A DNA stretch of 64,000 bases. Source: Octopus sinensis (taxonomy: Eukaryota). The stretch is from the NCBI RefSeq assembly GCF_006345805.1, contig NW_021833045.1, positions 21,300 to 85,299 on the forward strand, written 5' to 3'. Shown piece after piece: positions 25,835-40,390 of this stretch. The notes beneath the pieces were generated by a model. The model saw nothing but the letters and a program-made list of their open reading frames with translations, ran no database searches and was not told the origin of the DNA. Made by a program: the position numbers and the translations under genes. Position 1 is the first letter of the stretch; every line of letters begins with the position of its first letter.

Positions 25835-26970
25835 CAAACATCCCGCTGTATTTTTTTTTTTTTTCATAAATATCTTCAGAAAATTTTAGAAAATAAAAAT
25901 AAGAAATAAGTGGAAATTTTACTGGTGAGTGTGTTAAATAATAAGGCACTAAAAGAGAATGACTCTCCCCAGACACAACAGAATCTTCACAAAATTACAT
26001 TTATATACACACAAGTCAACAGGCGTAGACAAGAACTGATAGCAGCTATGCAGACATTTCTGTCGAATCAATATACACTCGTGCATCCATAAACACATAC
26101 ATTTACTCTTCTAACAAACCTAGAAGCATGATTCCGCCTCAGAACTTAAACACACGCATACATGCATATAAAAACCATACGCACACACATGGACACTGAT
26201 GCGCGTCCAAACTTACACACAATTCACACACACAAACACACACACACACGCATACATATATACTCGCGCACTTATCCTAACACCACCACACACATACACA
26301 AGCATACACACTCAAAACTCCACACTCACTCATCCCCAGCTTGCATTCCTTACCCTGCTCCATACACGCACACACACACACATATATATATACGCGCACG
26401 CATACATATATACACACACATGCATATACATACACATACATACACGCATAAACATATGCACACTTGCGTACACACACAAAATGGCTCACTCACACAAAAT
26501 TAATCGCCCTCATCCCATCTTACTCTCAACACGCACATACACACACACATACACACACATATACATAAACACGGAAAGAGGTTATGCACAAATTAAAACA
26601 CTCACTATCAGCACACACACATACTCTAACATATACACACACATAAACAAATATCCACACACATATATATTTATATACACACACATGCGTATACATAATC
26701 ACAGATCCATATACACACATGTATACACGCATACACATAAATATACATACACTTACACACATACATATATACACATATACACATGCATATACACACACAC
26801 ACAAACATACATGCACATACATATACACACACCTATATATACACACATATACACGTGCAAATACATATACACACATACATATTCATACTATACACCGACA
26901 TACACATATATGTACACATACACACATACACATATATACCGAGATATACATATACATACATATACGCACT

Positions 26971-27001
<31 letters not shown>

Positions 27002-27119
27002 GCATAGACACACGCCTACATACACACACACATTCAGTCTGCTGGGATATGACAGATCCATCACTTCGGTTTGTAACGCAATTTCTTCACTTTTCCCAAT
27101 GACCTGGCCGCCATTGCCG

Positions 27120-27260
27120 GATTAATACCTGCCACTAGCAACGGACAATTCCTAATTGGCTAAGAATTCACAGACAACTGAATAATTACATGCAAATTAG
27201 CCGAATTGCTGATTGGCCTAAAACTGACAAGAAACCTTGATCTAATTAAAGACAAATGCC
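27120..27260. promoter_or_regulatory. Candidate enhancer: POU octamer, homeodomain TAATT sites and CCAAT boxes
   Basis: ATGCAAAT at 27190-27197; TAATT at ~27153, ~27183 and ~27243; ATTGG at ~27155 and ~27212; unique sequence. Confidence 0.35.
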
Positions 27261-27554
27261 ACAGATAAATTTGCTTCATAAATTTTTCCTGACATCGTCA
27301 AATCAATCATATTCGTTCGTCTTACTTCCTGTTTGCATCATTTTCGTTTAATTTATTCACCAATAGAATTTTCCGCTTTTCCTTTCTGCAGTTTCTCTTC
27401 AACTACATGTTGTCTTCGTCTTATACCACTACTATTGTTAGAACTGTTAGACTAATCCTGCTGTTGACTGATGCCGTTGTCATACTGCAGTTATTGTGTC
27501 ACTATTTACCATAACCACTGTCTATATAACTGTCGCTACACTACAAATATTCTT

Positions 27555-27765
27555 GGTTTCAAATTTTGGCATCAGGCCAGCAATTTTGTGCGAGGGATAA
27601 GTCGATTACATCGACCCCAATGCTGGTACTTATTTAATCGAAACCGAAAGGATGAAGGAAAATGTCGACCTCGGTGAAATTCGAAATCAGAATGTAAAGA
27701 CGGACGGAATGCGGCTAAGCATTGTTCGCCCGGCGTGCTAACAGTTCTGCCAGTTCACCGTCTTT
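27555..27765 (-). mobile_element. SINE-A2
   Basis: Reverse-complement SINE-A head/body with A2 tail. Confidence 0.8.
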
Positions 27766-27844
27766 ATTACAATTATTATTAAGATTACTAAACAATTATG
27801 ACTATTGCTATGAATTCTAACACTGCACTGATACGTACCAATAT

Positions 27845-28450
27845 TATTTTCTACTCTAGGCACAAGGCACGAAATTTTGGGGGAGGGGGCCAGTCGATTA
27901 CATCGACCTCAATACGCAACTGGTACTTAATTCATCGACCCCGAAAGGATGAAAGGCAAAGTTGACCTCGGCGCAATTTTGAACTCAGGACGTAAAGGCA
28001 AGCGAAATACTGCCAAGCATTTCGTCCGGCGTGCTAACGTTTCTTATTTCTTTATTGCCCACAAGGGGCTAAACATAGAAGGGACAAACAAGGACAGACA
28101 AACGGATTAAGTCGATTACATCGACCCCAGTGTGTAACTGGTACTTAATTTATCGACCCCGAAATAATGAAAGGCAAAGTCGACCACGGCGGAATTTGAA
28201 CTCACAACGTAACGGCAGACGAAATGCCTATTTCTTTACTGCCCACAAGGGGCTACACACAGAGAGGACAAACAAGGACAGACAAACGGATTAAGTCGAT
28301 TACATCGACCCCAGTTCGTAACTGGTGCTTATTTAATCGACCCCGAAAGGATGAAAGGCAAAGTCGACCTCGGCGGAATTTGAACTCACACCGTAACGAC
28401 AGACGAAATACCGCTAAGCATTTCGCTCGGCGTGCTAACGTTTCTGCCAT
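27845..28450 (-). mobile_element. SINE-A cluster (A2 copy plus A1 dimer)
   Basis: Three bodies containing cgaccccgaaaggatgaaaggcaaagt; junction gacgaaatgcctatttctttac at ~28220. Confidence 0.9.
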
Positions 28451-28759
28451 CATGCAGCCTTCATTACTAATAATATTGACGTACTGCAATTAATAATTAC
28501 ATTATTTACTAAGATTATTGCCTATATGAGCGCCTCTGTGGTTGAATCACAATCACAGTTGCTATTACTTATGCCTCTTGACATCTATCACTGTTATGAC
28601 AAAGGTTGTTATTAATACTGACTGCCATTAATCATGCTAATATTACTAATTATATCACTCTATACTGCTGCTGGTATGACCGCTTCTATAACTGAACTAT
28701 TACTATTGTTAATACTATATTTCAGACTGCTGGTATCACGATTGTTGACATAACACTGA

Positions 28760-28873
28760 TTTCTTCTTCTTCTTCTTCTTCTTCTTCTTCTTCTTCTTCT
28801 TCTTCTTCTTCTTCTTCTTCTTCTTCTTCTTCTTCTTCTTCTACTACTACTACTACTACTACTACTACTATAA

Positions 28874-28915
<42 letters not shown>

Positions 28916-28916
28916 A
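28760..28916. repeat. (TTC)n(CTA)n microsatellite
   Basis: Directly visible. Confidence 0.95.
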
Positions 28917-29019
28917 CGGTCGACAACGTTCAGTAAGAAGATAAAGTTGCAGTCATCTATTGTTAATTCAACAGCCATCTACATCTGTGAAACTTCGAAG
29001 AAGACAACAAAGGCTTCTC

Positions 29020-29350
29020 AATTGCTGGACGGTCATAAGAAAAGCTGGTACGAGGAGTTGGCAGGACATGTTGACTAACAGGAGTTTGCAGGACATGTTG
29101 ACTAACAGGCGGATACAGTTTGTTGGCCATATGCTTCGGTTACCGCGGGAGAAACTTGCTACCATCGCGATAGAGTGGACGCCAGAAGGAGGGAAAATAC
29201 CGAGTGGAAGAACAAGCAAGACATGAATCAGTACGTTCCGGGACGACAGGATAGCGCTAGGAGTCAACCCGAGTGGAGTTAAGAGGAAAACGAGCAATCA
29301 GGATGTTTGTAGAAGGCTCCTTGCCCTTTGTGCTGACAGGATTGTAGGAT
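29020..29350 (+). mobile_element. RTE-clade LINE 3' fragment
   Basis: Translation NRRIQFVGHMLRLPREKLATIAIEWTPEGGKIPSGRTSKT matches the RTE C-terminal (WxGHxxR...W.P.G.R..GRP..TW) pattern; contains an internal 24-bp duplication. Confidence 0.75.
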
Positions 29351-30207
29351 CTAAAAACTAAGAGAGACACCCAGATGTCATTACTAGATTCCGTCATATT
29401 TATTGGCGACAACAAAGCGAATTATCATTATATACAGTGAAGTGTTTTGTTAATACAAACACAGGGAAAATGCAGTATAAGTATTTAAAACTTGCGTAAT
29501 TAGGGATATTTCAGTATATAATTCATACAAGGAATTCAGGACCACATTAGCCAACTTACTTCCATTTTAAAACGGCAATGTGATTTGAGAGAGGTTTGAC
29601 TGCTGTTACTAGCTGATGGGTAAAGTCGCATGCCCTAATGGTTAGGGTATCGCAAGCACGAACGATAGCATAAGTGCTTGGCTTTAAAAAATTGTGGGGT
29701 CGTTTCGTTAGACTAGAATTTCTTCAAGGACTTGCCCCAAGAAGGCCGTAAACTGATGACTGAAAAAAGTAAAAGATAAAAGATATATATCTATGAGTAT
29801 ATATATGTGTGTGTGTGTGTGTATACATATATATGTATGTATTTATTTATATATATATATACCCTATTCTTACGTACACACCATTGTAATCTATATCTCT
29901 GACATCGACCGCTAGAAACATACGGAGTTTCACTGCTCCCCATCCCCGCCATCTTCTTTTGTTTCCCCTCAATCAGCCAATTCTTCTTTTTGTATTCCAT
30001 TTAGTAATTTCTTGTTTCATCCTTTTATATACACATTTATTGATCTCTGTAGATGATGCTGTGGTAGCTTTGTCACTTGGGTTTAATTTTCTCGACGGTG
30101 TTACGATGTTAGGAAAAGAGACAACAGCGACAACAACAGCAAAACAAAACAACTAAGTATCAAAATTAAAAGAACAACACCAACACTGTGTATGTATGTA
30201 TGTATGC

Positions 30208-30282
<75 letters not shown>

Positions 30283-30503
30283 CATAATATATATGTATGT
30301 TTAAATATATATATATATATGCGTATATGTATATATATACATATATAGTATATGCATAGACCTATATATACTATACATACTTATGTATATGCGTATATGT
30401 TTATGTGTATACATAATAGATACTAGTAGATGTATATAGAATACTCATCTATATAGGTAATGTATATATTTATGAAGCTATTGTATATATATATATATAT
30501 ATA

Positions 30504-30548
<45 letters not shown>

Positions 30549-30562
30549 TTATGAAGCTATTG

Positions 30563-30593
<31 letters not shown>

Positions 30594-31359
30594 CTTTTAT
30601 ATATGTGTGTGTGTGTTTGTGTGTGAATGTACGTATGCATCTATCTATCCACATATGAGTCTATATATACATATTTATTTGTGTATATTGCGTTTAATGT
30701 ACACGTGTGTATAATACATGCATATACACATGAAATACGTGCTTCGTGAGTGTGTGTATGTGTTTGTGTGTAGCTAGCTGACAAACGAACGAACAACGAC
30801 AAGCATAGCAACCATACACCCCTACAAACACACACACAATAATAAAACAAACACCTAAAGAAAGATAAAGAAACCACGGGAAAAACAACCCCACAACAGA
30901 AAAAAAAAACAGCCACAAAATATCAAAGTACAATAAATATAATATATAAACAAACAAACATCAGGAAATGAAAGGAAATAAATACGAGACTCCGAAGTCA
31001 GAGATGCGATGAGACAGAGTTTTGTTTTATCCTTCTTTATTTTTTTTATATTTATTTATTTTCACCTTTATTTCTTGTTTGTTTTTCTGTCCATTGTCTT
31101 TTCTTTTGAGATGGCTTCTTCTTTCATTCTGTGATAACGAACGATAGTTAACTCACAGCAGTCTCGTTAATAACGCCAACATTGTGTGTTGTGTTTGCTG
31201 AAGATGAAGGAATCTTCTTCGACTGTCATTGATGTTGGTGCTGTTTGTACTTACGGTTGGAACCACCGGTTTTTGGATTTTTTTATAAATTCTTTCTTTG
31301 GAATTTTTTTCCTATTTTTATTTTAGTTTATTTTTACTTCACTTTGTGAAAAAAAAATG

Positions 31360-31682
31360 AAATTATATACATATATATACATATATATATGTAGTGTATG
31401 TATGAATGTATATATACATACACATATATATATATACATTCATATATATATATATATACGGTACTATGTATGTATGTATGTATAGATATATATATTATAT
31501 ATATATATATATATATAATATATATATATGTATATATATATTATATATATTATATATATAATATATATACATAAATATATATTATATATATAATATGTAT
31601 ATATATGTTATATATATATAATATATTATATATATATATATTATTATATATATATATATATAATGTATATATAATATATATA

Positions 31683-31780
<98 letters not shown>
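31360..31780. repeat. Long (TA)n tract
   Basis: Directly visible; similar tracts at ~30200-30600, 36950-37110, 38060-38710 and 39380-39540. Confidence 0.95.
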
Positions 31781-31781
<1 letters not shown>

Positions 31782-32214
31782 TTCCGACAACAAAATCTGA
31801 TATCAAAAACAAACTATGGAACTATAGAAAGAAGCCGAGCAAAAAAATAAATAAGTAAATAAAGAAAAAATTAAAAAGTAAATGTAAAAATCTATAAAAA
31901 TCTATAGAAACGGAATTAAAAGAAACCGAAGACGAAATTAATGGCAGAGTCATTGAAATACCCCGACACGAAGTGAGCTGTTCGACTAAACTGCTGCCAT
32001 CTTTGATGTCTCTTAGCGAACGTTGAAGATGCCATCTTGTTTAACTTCTATCATCAGCAATCGCTGACGCAGGTAGTTGGACGGTTTTTCTTCAGTTTTT
32101 AACTGAAAAGCCAATCAAAAGACATCATTCATTACAGCAATAACAATAACGGCACGCACACATATATATGTGTGTGTATGTGTGTGTGTGTAAATATATA
32201 TATTTGCATGTATA

Positions 32215-32257
<43 letters not shown>

Positions 32258-32304
32258 TGCATGTGTATATATATATATATATACATACATACATACATAC
32301 ATGT

Positions 32305-32510
32305 TTTCGCGTCTGTGTTTGTTCTCACCAGCGCTTGACAACAGGTCTTGATCTGTTTATGCCCCTGCAAACAGTCCGGCAAAAGGAACCGGTGGAATAA
32401 GTATTTGGTTTTAAAAAGTTCTGAGGTCGATTAATGGGACTAAAATCTGTTCAAGGCGGTGCCCCAGCAAGGCCGCAGTCTAATGGCTGAGAAAGCAAAA
32501 GAATAGAGGG
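32305..32510 (+). mobile_element. SINE-B 3' half
   Basis: cgcttgacaacagg...ggcggtgccccagcaaggccgcagtc. Confidence 0.7.
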
Positions 32511-32512
32511 AC

Positions 32513-32557
<45 letters not shown>

Positions 32558-32565
32558 TAGATAGA

Positions 32566-32617
<52 letters not shown>

Positions 32618-32629
32618 TAGATTGATTGA

Positions 32630-32677
<48 letters not shown>

Positions 32678-32780
32678 TAGACAGCAGAGATAAATAGATA
32701 GATAGATAGATAGATAGATGACAGACAGACGACAAACAGACAGACAGACAGACAGATAGATAGATAGATGATAGATAGAT

Positions 32781-32831
<51 letters not shown>

Positions 32832-32862
32832 GATAGATAGATAGATAGATCTATAGATAGAT
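32510..32862. repeat. (GATA)n/(GACA)n tract
   Basis: Directly visible. Confidence 0.95.
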
Positions 32863-32863
32863 G

Positions 32864-33217
32864 ATTCTTTTTATTGGCCACACAGGGCTGCACAGATGGG
32901 GAAAATTACAAGGTAGAGCTTTTCTTTTGGGGGATGAAAAAAAACAAAAAAAACAAGAGAAACAAAAAAAAGAAAAGAAAAAGGAAAAAAGAAGAAAAAG
33001 GAGGAAAAAAGGGAAAGAGAAAAAAAACGATCAATAGGGATCGTGTATCACAGTGTCATGATGTACGGTGTAAAGGGGGGAAGCAGATGAGGTTTATCCG
33101 TGGGAAGAAAAGCCTACGAAAAAGACCACAGTAACCTCGGTCAATATTGTTATATGTTACCACATTTGTTTGCAAGTGGGTAATCCTCTGTTTTCAATTT
33201 CTGGGTTCATAGGACTA
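32864..33217 (-). mobile_element. Tx1/L1-like LINE, 3'UTR-only truncated copy
   Basis: Aligns by eye with 52868-53277 (ttatt(g/a)gccacacagggctgcac; aattacaaggtagagcttttcttttg; gaaaagaccac(a/g)gtaacctcggtcaat; tttctgggttcataggacta). Confidence 0.85.
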
Positions 33218-33234
33218 GATAGACAGACAGACAG

Positions 33235-34585
33235 ATGGCTATGTACCTATCCGTTTGTATGTCTCTCTGTTTACTTTCATATCTATATGCCTACACACAT
33301 GTGCAGATACATATACACATACACACACACACATACATACACACACACATCTATCTACATAACAGCCCACTAACTATTCTACCTGTATATAAATATAAAC
33401 TGTGGGGTGTGATTATCTACTACGTAAATTTCCAATTTAGTACTGGGGATGTTTCATTTATGAGGACGTACTCCTGTATTTGTCTGAGTGTTGGATCCTT
33501 TGGGTGCTTGGATAAAATGCAGATATCAAGTTGACCCAGGTTGCCTCCATGTTGGAGAGCATCCAGTAAGTAGCTAACTCCATCTGCCAAAGTATAGCTT
33601 CGAAATATGTTCTTCACAACATGAAAATAAACATACTTAAAGCAGACTTAGGATAATGAACAACGTGTCCCCACTATGCAAACCCTATGAAACGAAGAAA
33701 CATGTACAGAACTTCATGCACCGCATGCAATTCTCTGGATGTGATCAGAAAGATAAGGTTCGAGTATACAGGGGTGCTAGAAAGAAGTTAGATAACATTA
33801 TATGTAATGATACCAGTGGTACCTACCTTAGATATAGAAGCAAAGGCTGGAATAGAATACAAAGAGCTTGTGACAAAGCAAACACAGTGAACACGTGGTA
33901 TAAAACTGACAAATATCAAGGAGTGATGTTTGTAGAGGCCATAACCCATGGAGAACTAACCCGTAGATTTAGGAAAGCTCTGAAGGAGACCAAAACTCAA
34001 CATTAAGATTGTTGAAAAGCCAGGGAACTCCATCAGATCACAACTATGTAGGACGTACCCCTTTGAGACCATTTCACCAATGATAACTGCATGGTATGTA
34101 GGATTATCCCTGGTATTAACTGTAGAACTAGAAATGTAGTCTACAGCATAACATGCATAGAAGTTTCTTGTAAAGACATGAACATGATGTACATAGGGAA
34201 GATATCTAGGAGCATTGCGGAAAGACTAAATGAACATTTGAAACAATATGACGACTAAAAAACAGTCTTTTATACTCTACTAACATGCCAAGGACCAACA
34301 TTGAGGCAACCTGGGTCAACTTGACATCCGCATTTTATCCAAGCACCCAAAGGACCAAGCACTCAGACAAATAGAGGAGTACGTCCTCATAAATGAAACA
34401 TCCCCAGTACTAAATAGAAAATATACGTAGTAGTTAATCACACACCTATACCCACAGTTTATATTTATATACAGGTAGAATAGTTAGTGGGCTTTTATGT
34501 AGATAGATGTGTGTGTGTGTATGCACATGTATGTAGGCATATGGATATGAAATTAAACAGATAGACATACAGACTGATACATACA
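33235..34585 (+). mobile_element. Penelope-like element, 5'-truncated, with inverted terminal repeats
   Basis: Disrupted ORF ~33641-34430 gives the RT C-terminus/linker (WYKTDKYQGVMFVEA...IKIVEKPGNSIRSQL), a Cys-rich linker and GIY-YIG (CRTRNVVYSITC...MYIGKISRSIAERLNEH...LRQIEEYVLINETSPVLNRK). 33235-33555 is the reverse complement of 34295-34585. Confidence 0.85.
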
Positions 34586-35029
34586 CAGGTTATATGAACA
34601 GAAAAGCACACATACACACACATACACAAATGAAGACTGAAACACATGACAATATACACACACACTCCACTTCACACAAGAACACATATGGAGACCCACG
34701 TCCACACATATGGAGATACATATCCATACACATACATAGTCACAAAAACCCATACACACACTCACACAGACACACTCAGACCTGCATATACAAGGAGACA
34801 GAGGTACACACATATACACATGCAAACATACACACACACATGCAAACAAACACTCACATAAAAACACACAAACACGCAAACATGAATATGCAGAATAAAT
34901 ACATACAAACGTACACACAAACATATATACATATGCAGACACACATACATACATACACACAATTGCATGCATACATATATACATACAAATATGTGTCTGC
35001 GCGCACACACTGAACCACACACATGCGTA

Positions 35030-35830
35030 CAAACAAACAAAAAGGAACGCAGTGTGAGTAACGGACAGAGTCAACAACTATGGAAAAGGTTGCAAGACAC
35101 AACGAAAATTTTAGAAAAATAAATAAGTAAATGAGTGGAAATTTTACCGGTGAGCGTGTTAAGTTATAAGGCACTAAAACAGAACGACCCTCCCCAGACG
35201 CAACAGAATATGCTTCAAAATTATGCTCACATAAAGAATCTTGCAAACCAAGTCCAAAAACGAAATACATATATATATATATATATATATTGTATTTTGA
35301 AATAATAGCATAAAATTCAATATCAAACAAAATTTCTCACGAAGATATATATATCTAACATAGTATTGTATTAAAAATATATGCAACTTGACACCTTAAA
35401 CATTTTATTATTGCATCTTACGATCGTTTCATTATAATGGAATCCATTGTTGATACACATTGATAGACAATACTTCCGCTCGTCAGAGATGGAGAAGATA
35501 AAGTGTTTATAATACATCGAATGTTGTTTTAAAAATAGAAAAATATATGAGAAAGTCTTTTTGAAAATAGATTAAAATTTACTGGATTATGCAGGTCGAC
35601 TTTGGTAATAAAATTTAAAGTTTGTATTTATATCCTTGGTAAGTTCATTTCAGTAATCCATGACTGGTTTTGATTTATGTAGATAGACTTTGGTAGGAAA
35701 ATTTCGAGTTTTTATATATATATATCCTTGTTAAATTCATCTTGTTGATAACTTTAAATGTTATTACTAAAGTCGACCTGCATAAGTCTAAACTAGTTAA
35801 TTTTAATCTATTTTCAAAAATACTTTCAGT
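35030..35830. repeat. Family F composite repeat with internal ~60-bp inverted repeat
   Basis: Matches 22801-22975 (reverse complement), 25870-26000 and 4583-4997; inverted repeat 35552-35610 / 35763-35830. Confidence 0.75.
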
Positions 35831-36987
35831 ATAAGATTTGTTTCAGTTACGCATAACCCGTAGACTTTTGTAGTATATTTGTATGGCTTACATTTTTCAA
35901 AGATGTTCCTCTTAAAGTTAAATGAATGCAGTATGTAGTGATTATGGTATTGAGCCGAAACGTATTGAGTGATCTTTCAATTTTACAATTTTGCCTTTCC
36001 TAAGACTAATGAACACCATCTTTCTTTAACTAAAATGGTTGGACTTTAACTCTCTTCGGTTCCAGCGGCCTTAGACGGGTCATGTTGTTTTGTCCCGTAG
36101 GGTGTCCAAAACTCATCCTCCTCACCAAGGAAGCTTAGTAGGGTTTCCGATTTAGTCTCTGACAATTTGGAAATGCTGCAGGTAGTATTGGGTTACCTGT
36201 TACCGTAGAGTAGACCAAGAGTTACAGGTAACATGATGAACAACCTTAATGGAAATAAGATTGGGAGGACACCTGCCTAATAATTATTACTCGTAAATAT
36301 ACAGCACGAAAAGTACCTCCTTTTTCTTTACAATCCCCTAAAATTTGTAATGCAAGAATTATACCTGCAGCCATTCACAAGAGAGGCACAAAACAATTAT
36401 ATATATATAAGCCTTATAGAATGCATATGGCTTTCCTCGTTGAAGATTGCATAACGTTACATGAAAACCATTGAAATAGGCGTAAAACCCTTATTTTTAG
36501 TCGCGCTCCCGCGTACATGTGTGTGTGTGTGTGTGTACGTATGTGTGTGTGTATTGTCTGTGTACCTGTGTATTTCAATGTATACTTTGTGTGTGTAATC
36601 TTATATTTTAATCCATTATATATATATGTAATTGCTCACCCTAATACGGTAATACACTCTATATTAAGTATTAATCTCGGTGATTCTACGACAAAACTAT
36701 GTATGAATACATAAACACATAGTATATCTGCATGCTTAATACACATACACACGCGCACACATAAAAAACATACACACGCATATATACACATAAACATTCA
36801 TTCATGCATACATATATACATACATATATATGTATATATTATACAATATATTATATTATATACACTTTAAGCTTTCCTATACATAAGTAGACTAAAATAT
36901 AAGCATGTGTTTATACATATATATATGCATGTATGTATATGTATATATGCGTGCATGTATGTATATATATATGTGCGTGTGTGTGTG

Positions 36988-37033
<46 letters not shown>

Positions 37034-37037
37034 ACAC

Positions 37038-37108
<71 letters not shown>

Positions 37109-38058
37109 TTATATACATATACATATACACACACATGTGTGTGTGTGTATGTGTAAAAGTAGATATTCTTATATTTACACCAACGTTTACATCCGTCTAT
37201 GTGTAGATATATAAACACATAAACACAAGGTGAGCCATCTTCTATTTCCACAATAGCCATTTTACGCTTTCCACCAACTCCCAGAATTTCGGAGGAGGTC
37301 CAGGGACTATTAATGTAATTTTTTTATCCCCTTGTTTTTCTCGTCATTCTGGATGTATTGTTTGTGACAAGATTTCTCTTTCCATTTATAAACGTTTTAT
37401 GTTGTTTTCTCATATTTCTGCTTGTTTTTTCGTCGGTTTTTCTTGCGGTTTTCTTTTGGTTCCTAAATCCTTTTGATATTTTTCTCTTTCTCGCTTTCAC
37501 TTTCTGGATTCGTGGCCTACCGCAAGTTTAGGTCACCTTGTCCTAACCATTCTTTCTAGTTTTTCTTGTCTTATTTCTCCATTCCATCGTCTACCTACTG
37601 CCTCTACCAACATCTGTTCTTTATCGTAATATGGCGGAATGAGTATTAATACGGAGAGCTAACGAGAAATTGGAGATTAACGATAAAAATAGGAGATTGC
37701 ATATTGAAAAGACACAGCTTAAGGTGTTGCTTTCCTAATGTTTATTGTAGTGCTTGTTCCAATACTTATTCTCGTTGATGTTGTTGTTGTTCTTCTTCTT
37801 CTTGTTGGTGGTGGCGATGGGGATGGGGAGAAAGGGGTAATATGTTAGCTCTGCCGAAGGTCTTATCGTTCAAACCATTTGATCATCTCTTTTTATAAAG
37901 TGGGTGCGTGTGTGTGTGTATGTGCATTCTGTCAGTGTCATTGTGCAAGGTGAGTGTAGGTGTGTGTTTATGTGTGTGTGTGTGCATGTGTGTGTGTGTG
38001 CATATGTGTATTGTATGTATATATATACACACACACACACACACAGACATATATGTCT

Positions 38059-38142
<84 letters not shown>

Positions 38143-38675
38143 TATATATATAATTTTGTTCAACATAATTATATATATGTATCTATACACCTATATGTAT
38201 GTATGTGTGTATGTATAAGCACGTATACATAATTACACTATTATGGGTGTTTGCATTTTCATGCTAGTTAATATAAAAACGATATAGACTGTGTGTATGT
38301 GTGTGCGCATGCGCAAGTGTATGTTTTCGTGTACATATATAAGTATATACATGCATAAATATATACATATTTTTATAACTATGTGCGTATGTATAATTGT
38401 GTCTGTGTATGTGTGTTTGTATGTGTGTATGTGTCTTTATATTCTCCTTACACGAAGAAGCTGGAAAAGAACACACGCACACACGCAAAAACACACAAAG
38501 ATATATATATGTATGAATGTATGTATATGTGTATATATATGTAAGTATATGTATATGTGTGTGTATATATATTTATGCGTATATATATATATACATATAT
38601 AATATATATATATATATATACATACACATATATATATGTACATATATATATATATAATATATACATATATATATA

Positions 38676-38711
<36 letters not shown>

Positions 38712-39384
38712 AAATTTATATATACATACATGCATGTGCCGTGTGTATGCATTTGGGTGTGGGTGGGTACGAGCAGATTTTATGAGTGTTTGTTTTCCAA
38801 TGTGTTGCATAACGCAATGTATTGCGATAGCTACCTTCTACAGCATAGAAACAAATGTATCAGCGCCATCTTTCAAGGAATTCCAAAAGAAACTCAAACA
38901 TTAAAAGATTAATTATCAAAGCCGCATTAAATAGCAAAATATCATACAAAGATGAAAACACGGATAACACATCATGGGACTTAAGTCCACACTATTGATT
39001 CCTCAAAGGAACCCCGGATAAGTGGTCAACGTTTCAAATGCAACGTTATGGACATATCTTTTTATACATCATTATTGTCATAACTAATCTGGTAATTAAC
39101 AGTCCATCCGAAAGATAAGATAACACAAGAAAGATATAGAAACTTCGAGGAATGTATAAATGTTGCATGCCCAAACAGAAAGGGTTAATAAGGGAATAAT
39201 TTTTAAAGAATCCCCAACCCAAGCGCTAAAACTAGCCCTATGCTAGTCTCGATAATCACGTCTATATATATGCCTATAAAAATGTGTGCGTGCGTGTGCG
39301 TGCGTGCATGTGTGTGTCTGTGTCTGTGTGATATGAATATGCATTTATACATATGTATACACACAAATATTCATACATACAAAC

Positions 39385-39429
<45 letters not shown>

Positions 39430-39474
39430 ATACATATATATATACATATTTATATATGTGTGTGTATATATGTC

Positions 39475-39544
<70 letters not shown>

Positions 39545-39957
39545 AATAAATGGTACAACAAGGCACCTATATTTACTGGAAAATAGCAATCGTAATAATA
39601 CGACGCTATTGTATAGCTTTACTGCGTATATACTAGCAAAGACGCGTATGTGCAACAAACATGAAAAAAATTTGTCTTACCTCTAGGAAGAACATCCGAA
39701 AAATGTAAAACCTAGAATCGGATAATGCAGGACCGGTTTCAGACTCTTCAAATACGTTTGACAACGTAGATTTGATTTGTCTTCATCAGTTGCATATTCC
39801 TGGACAATATTTCAAATGTTGCCACATCTATGCCAGTGCACTCGTCTGAACGCCAAAACGTTAACAGAACGATAACAGTGAAGACGTTTCAATGAAAATA
39901 ATATATATACACATATATACATACATGCATGCATGCACACATACATACATACATACA

Positions 39958-39989
<32 letters not shown>

Positions 39990-39995
39990 CATATA

Positions 39996-40390
39996 TGGCG
40001 CAGGAGTGGCTGTGTGGTAAGTAGCTTGCTAACCAACCACATGGTTCCGGGTTCAGTCCCACCGCGTGGCACCTTGGGCAAGTGTCTGCTGCTATAGCCC
40101 CGGGCCGACCAATGCCTTGTGAGTGGATTTGGTAGACGGAAATTAAAAGAAGCCCGTCGTATATATGTATATATATATGTGTGTGTGCGTGTATGTTTGT
40201 GTGTCTAGCATTGCTTGACAACCGATGCTGGTGTGTTTACGTCCCCGTTACTTAGCGGTTCGGCAAAAGAGACCGATAGAATAAGTACTGGGCTTACAAA
40301 AGAATAAGTCCCGGGGTCGAGTTGCTCGATTAAAGGCGGTGCTCCAGCATGGCCGCAGTCAAATGACTGAAACAAGTAAAAGAGTAAAGA
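39996..40390 (+). mobile_element. SINE-B, full length
   Basis: ggcgcaggagtggctgtgtggtaagtagcttgc...gactgaaacaagtaaaagagtaaagag. Confidence 0.92.
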
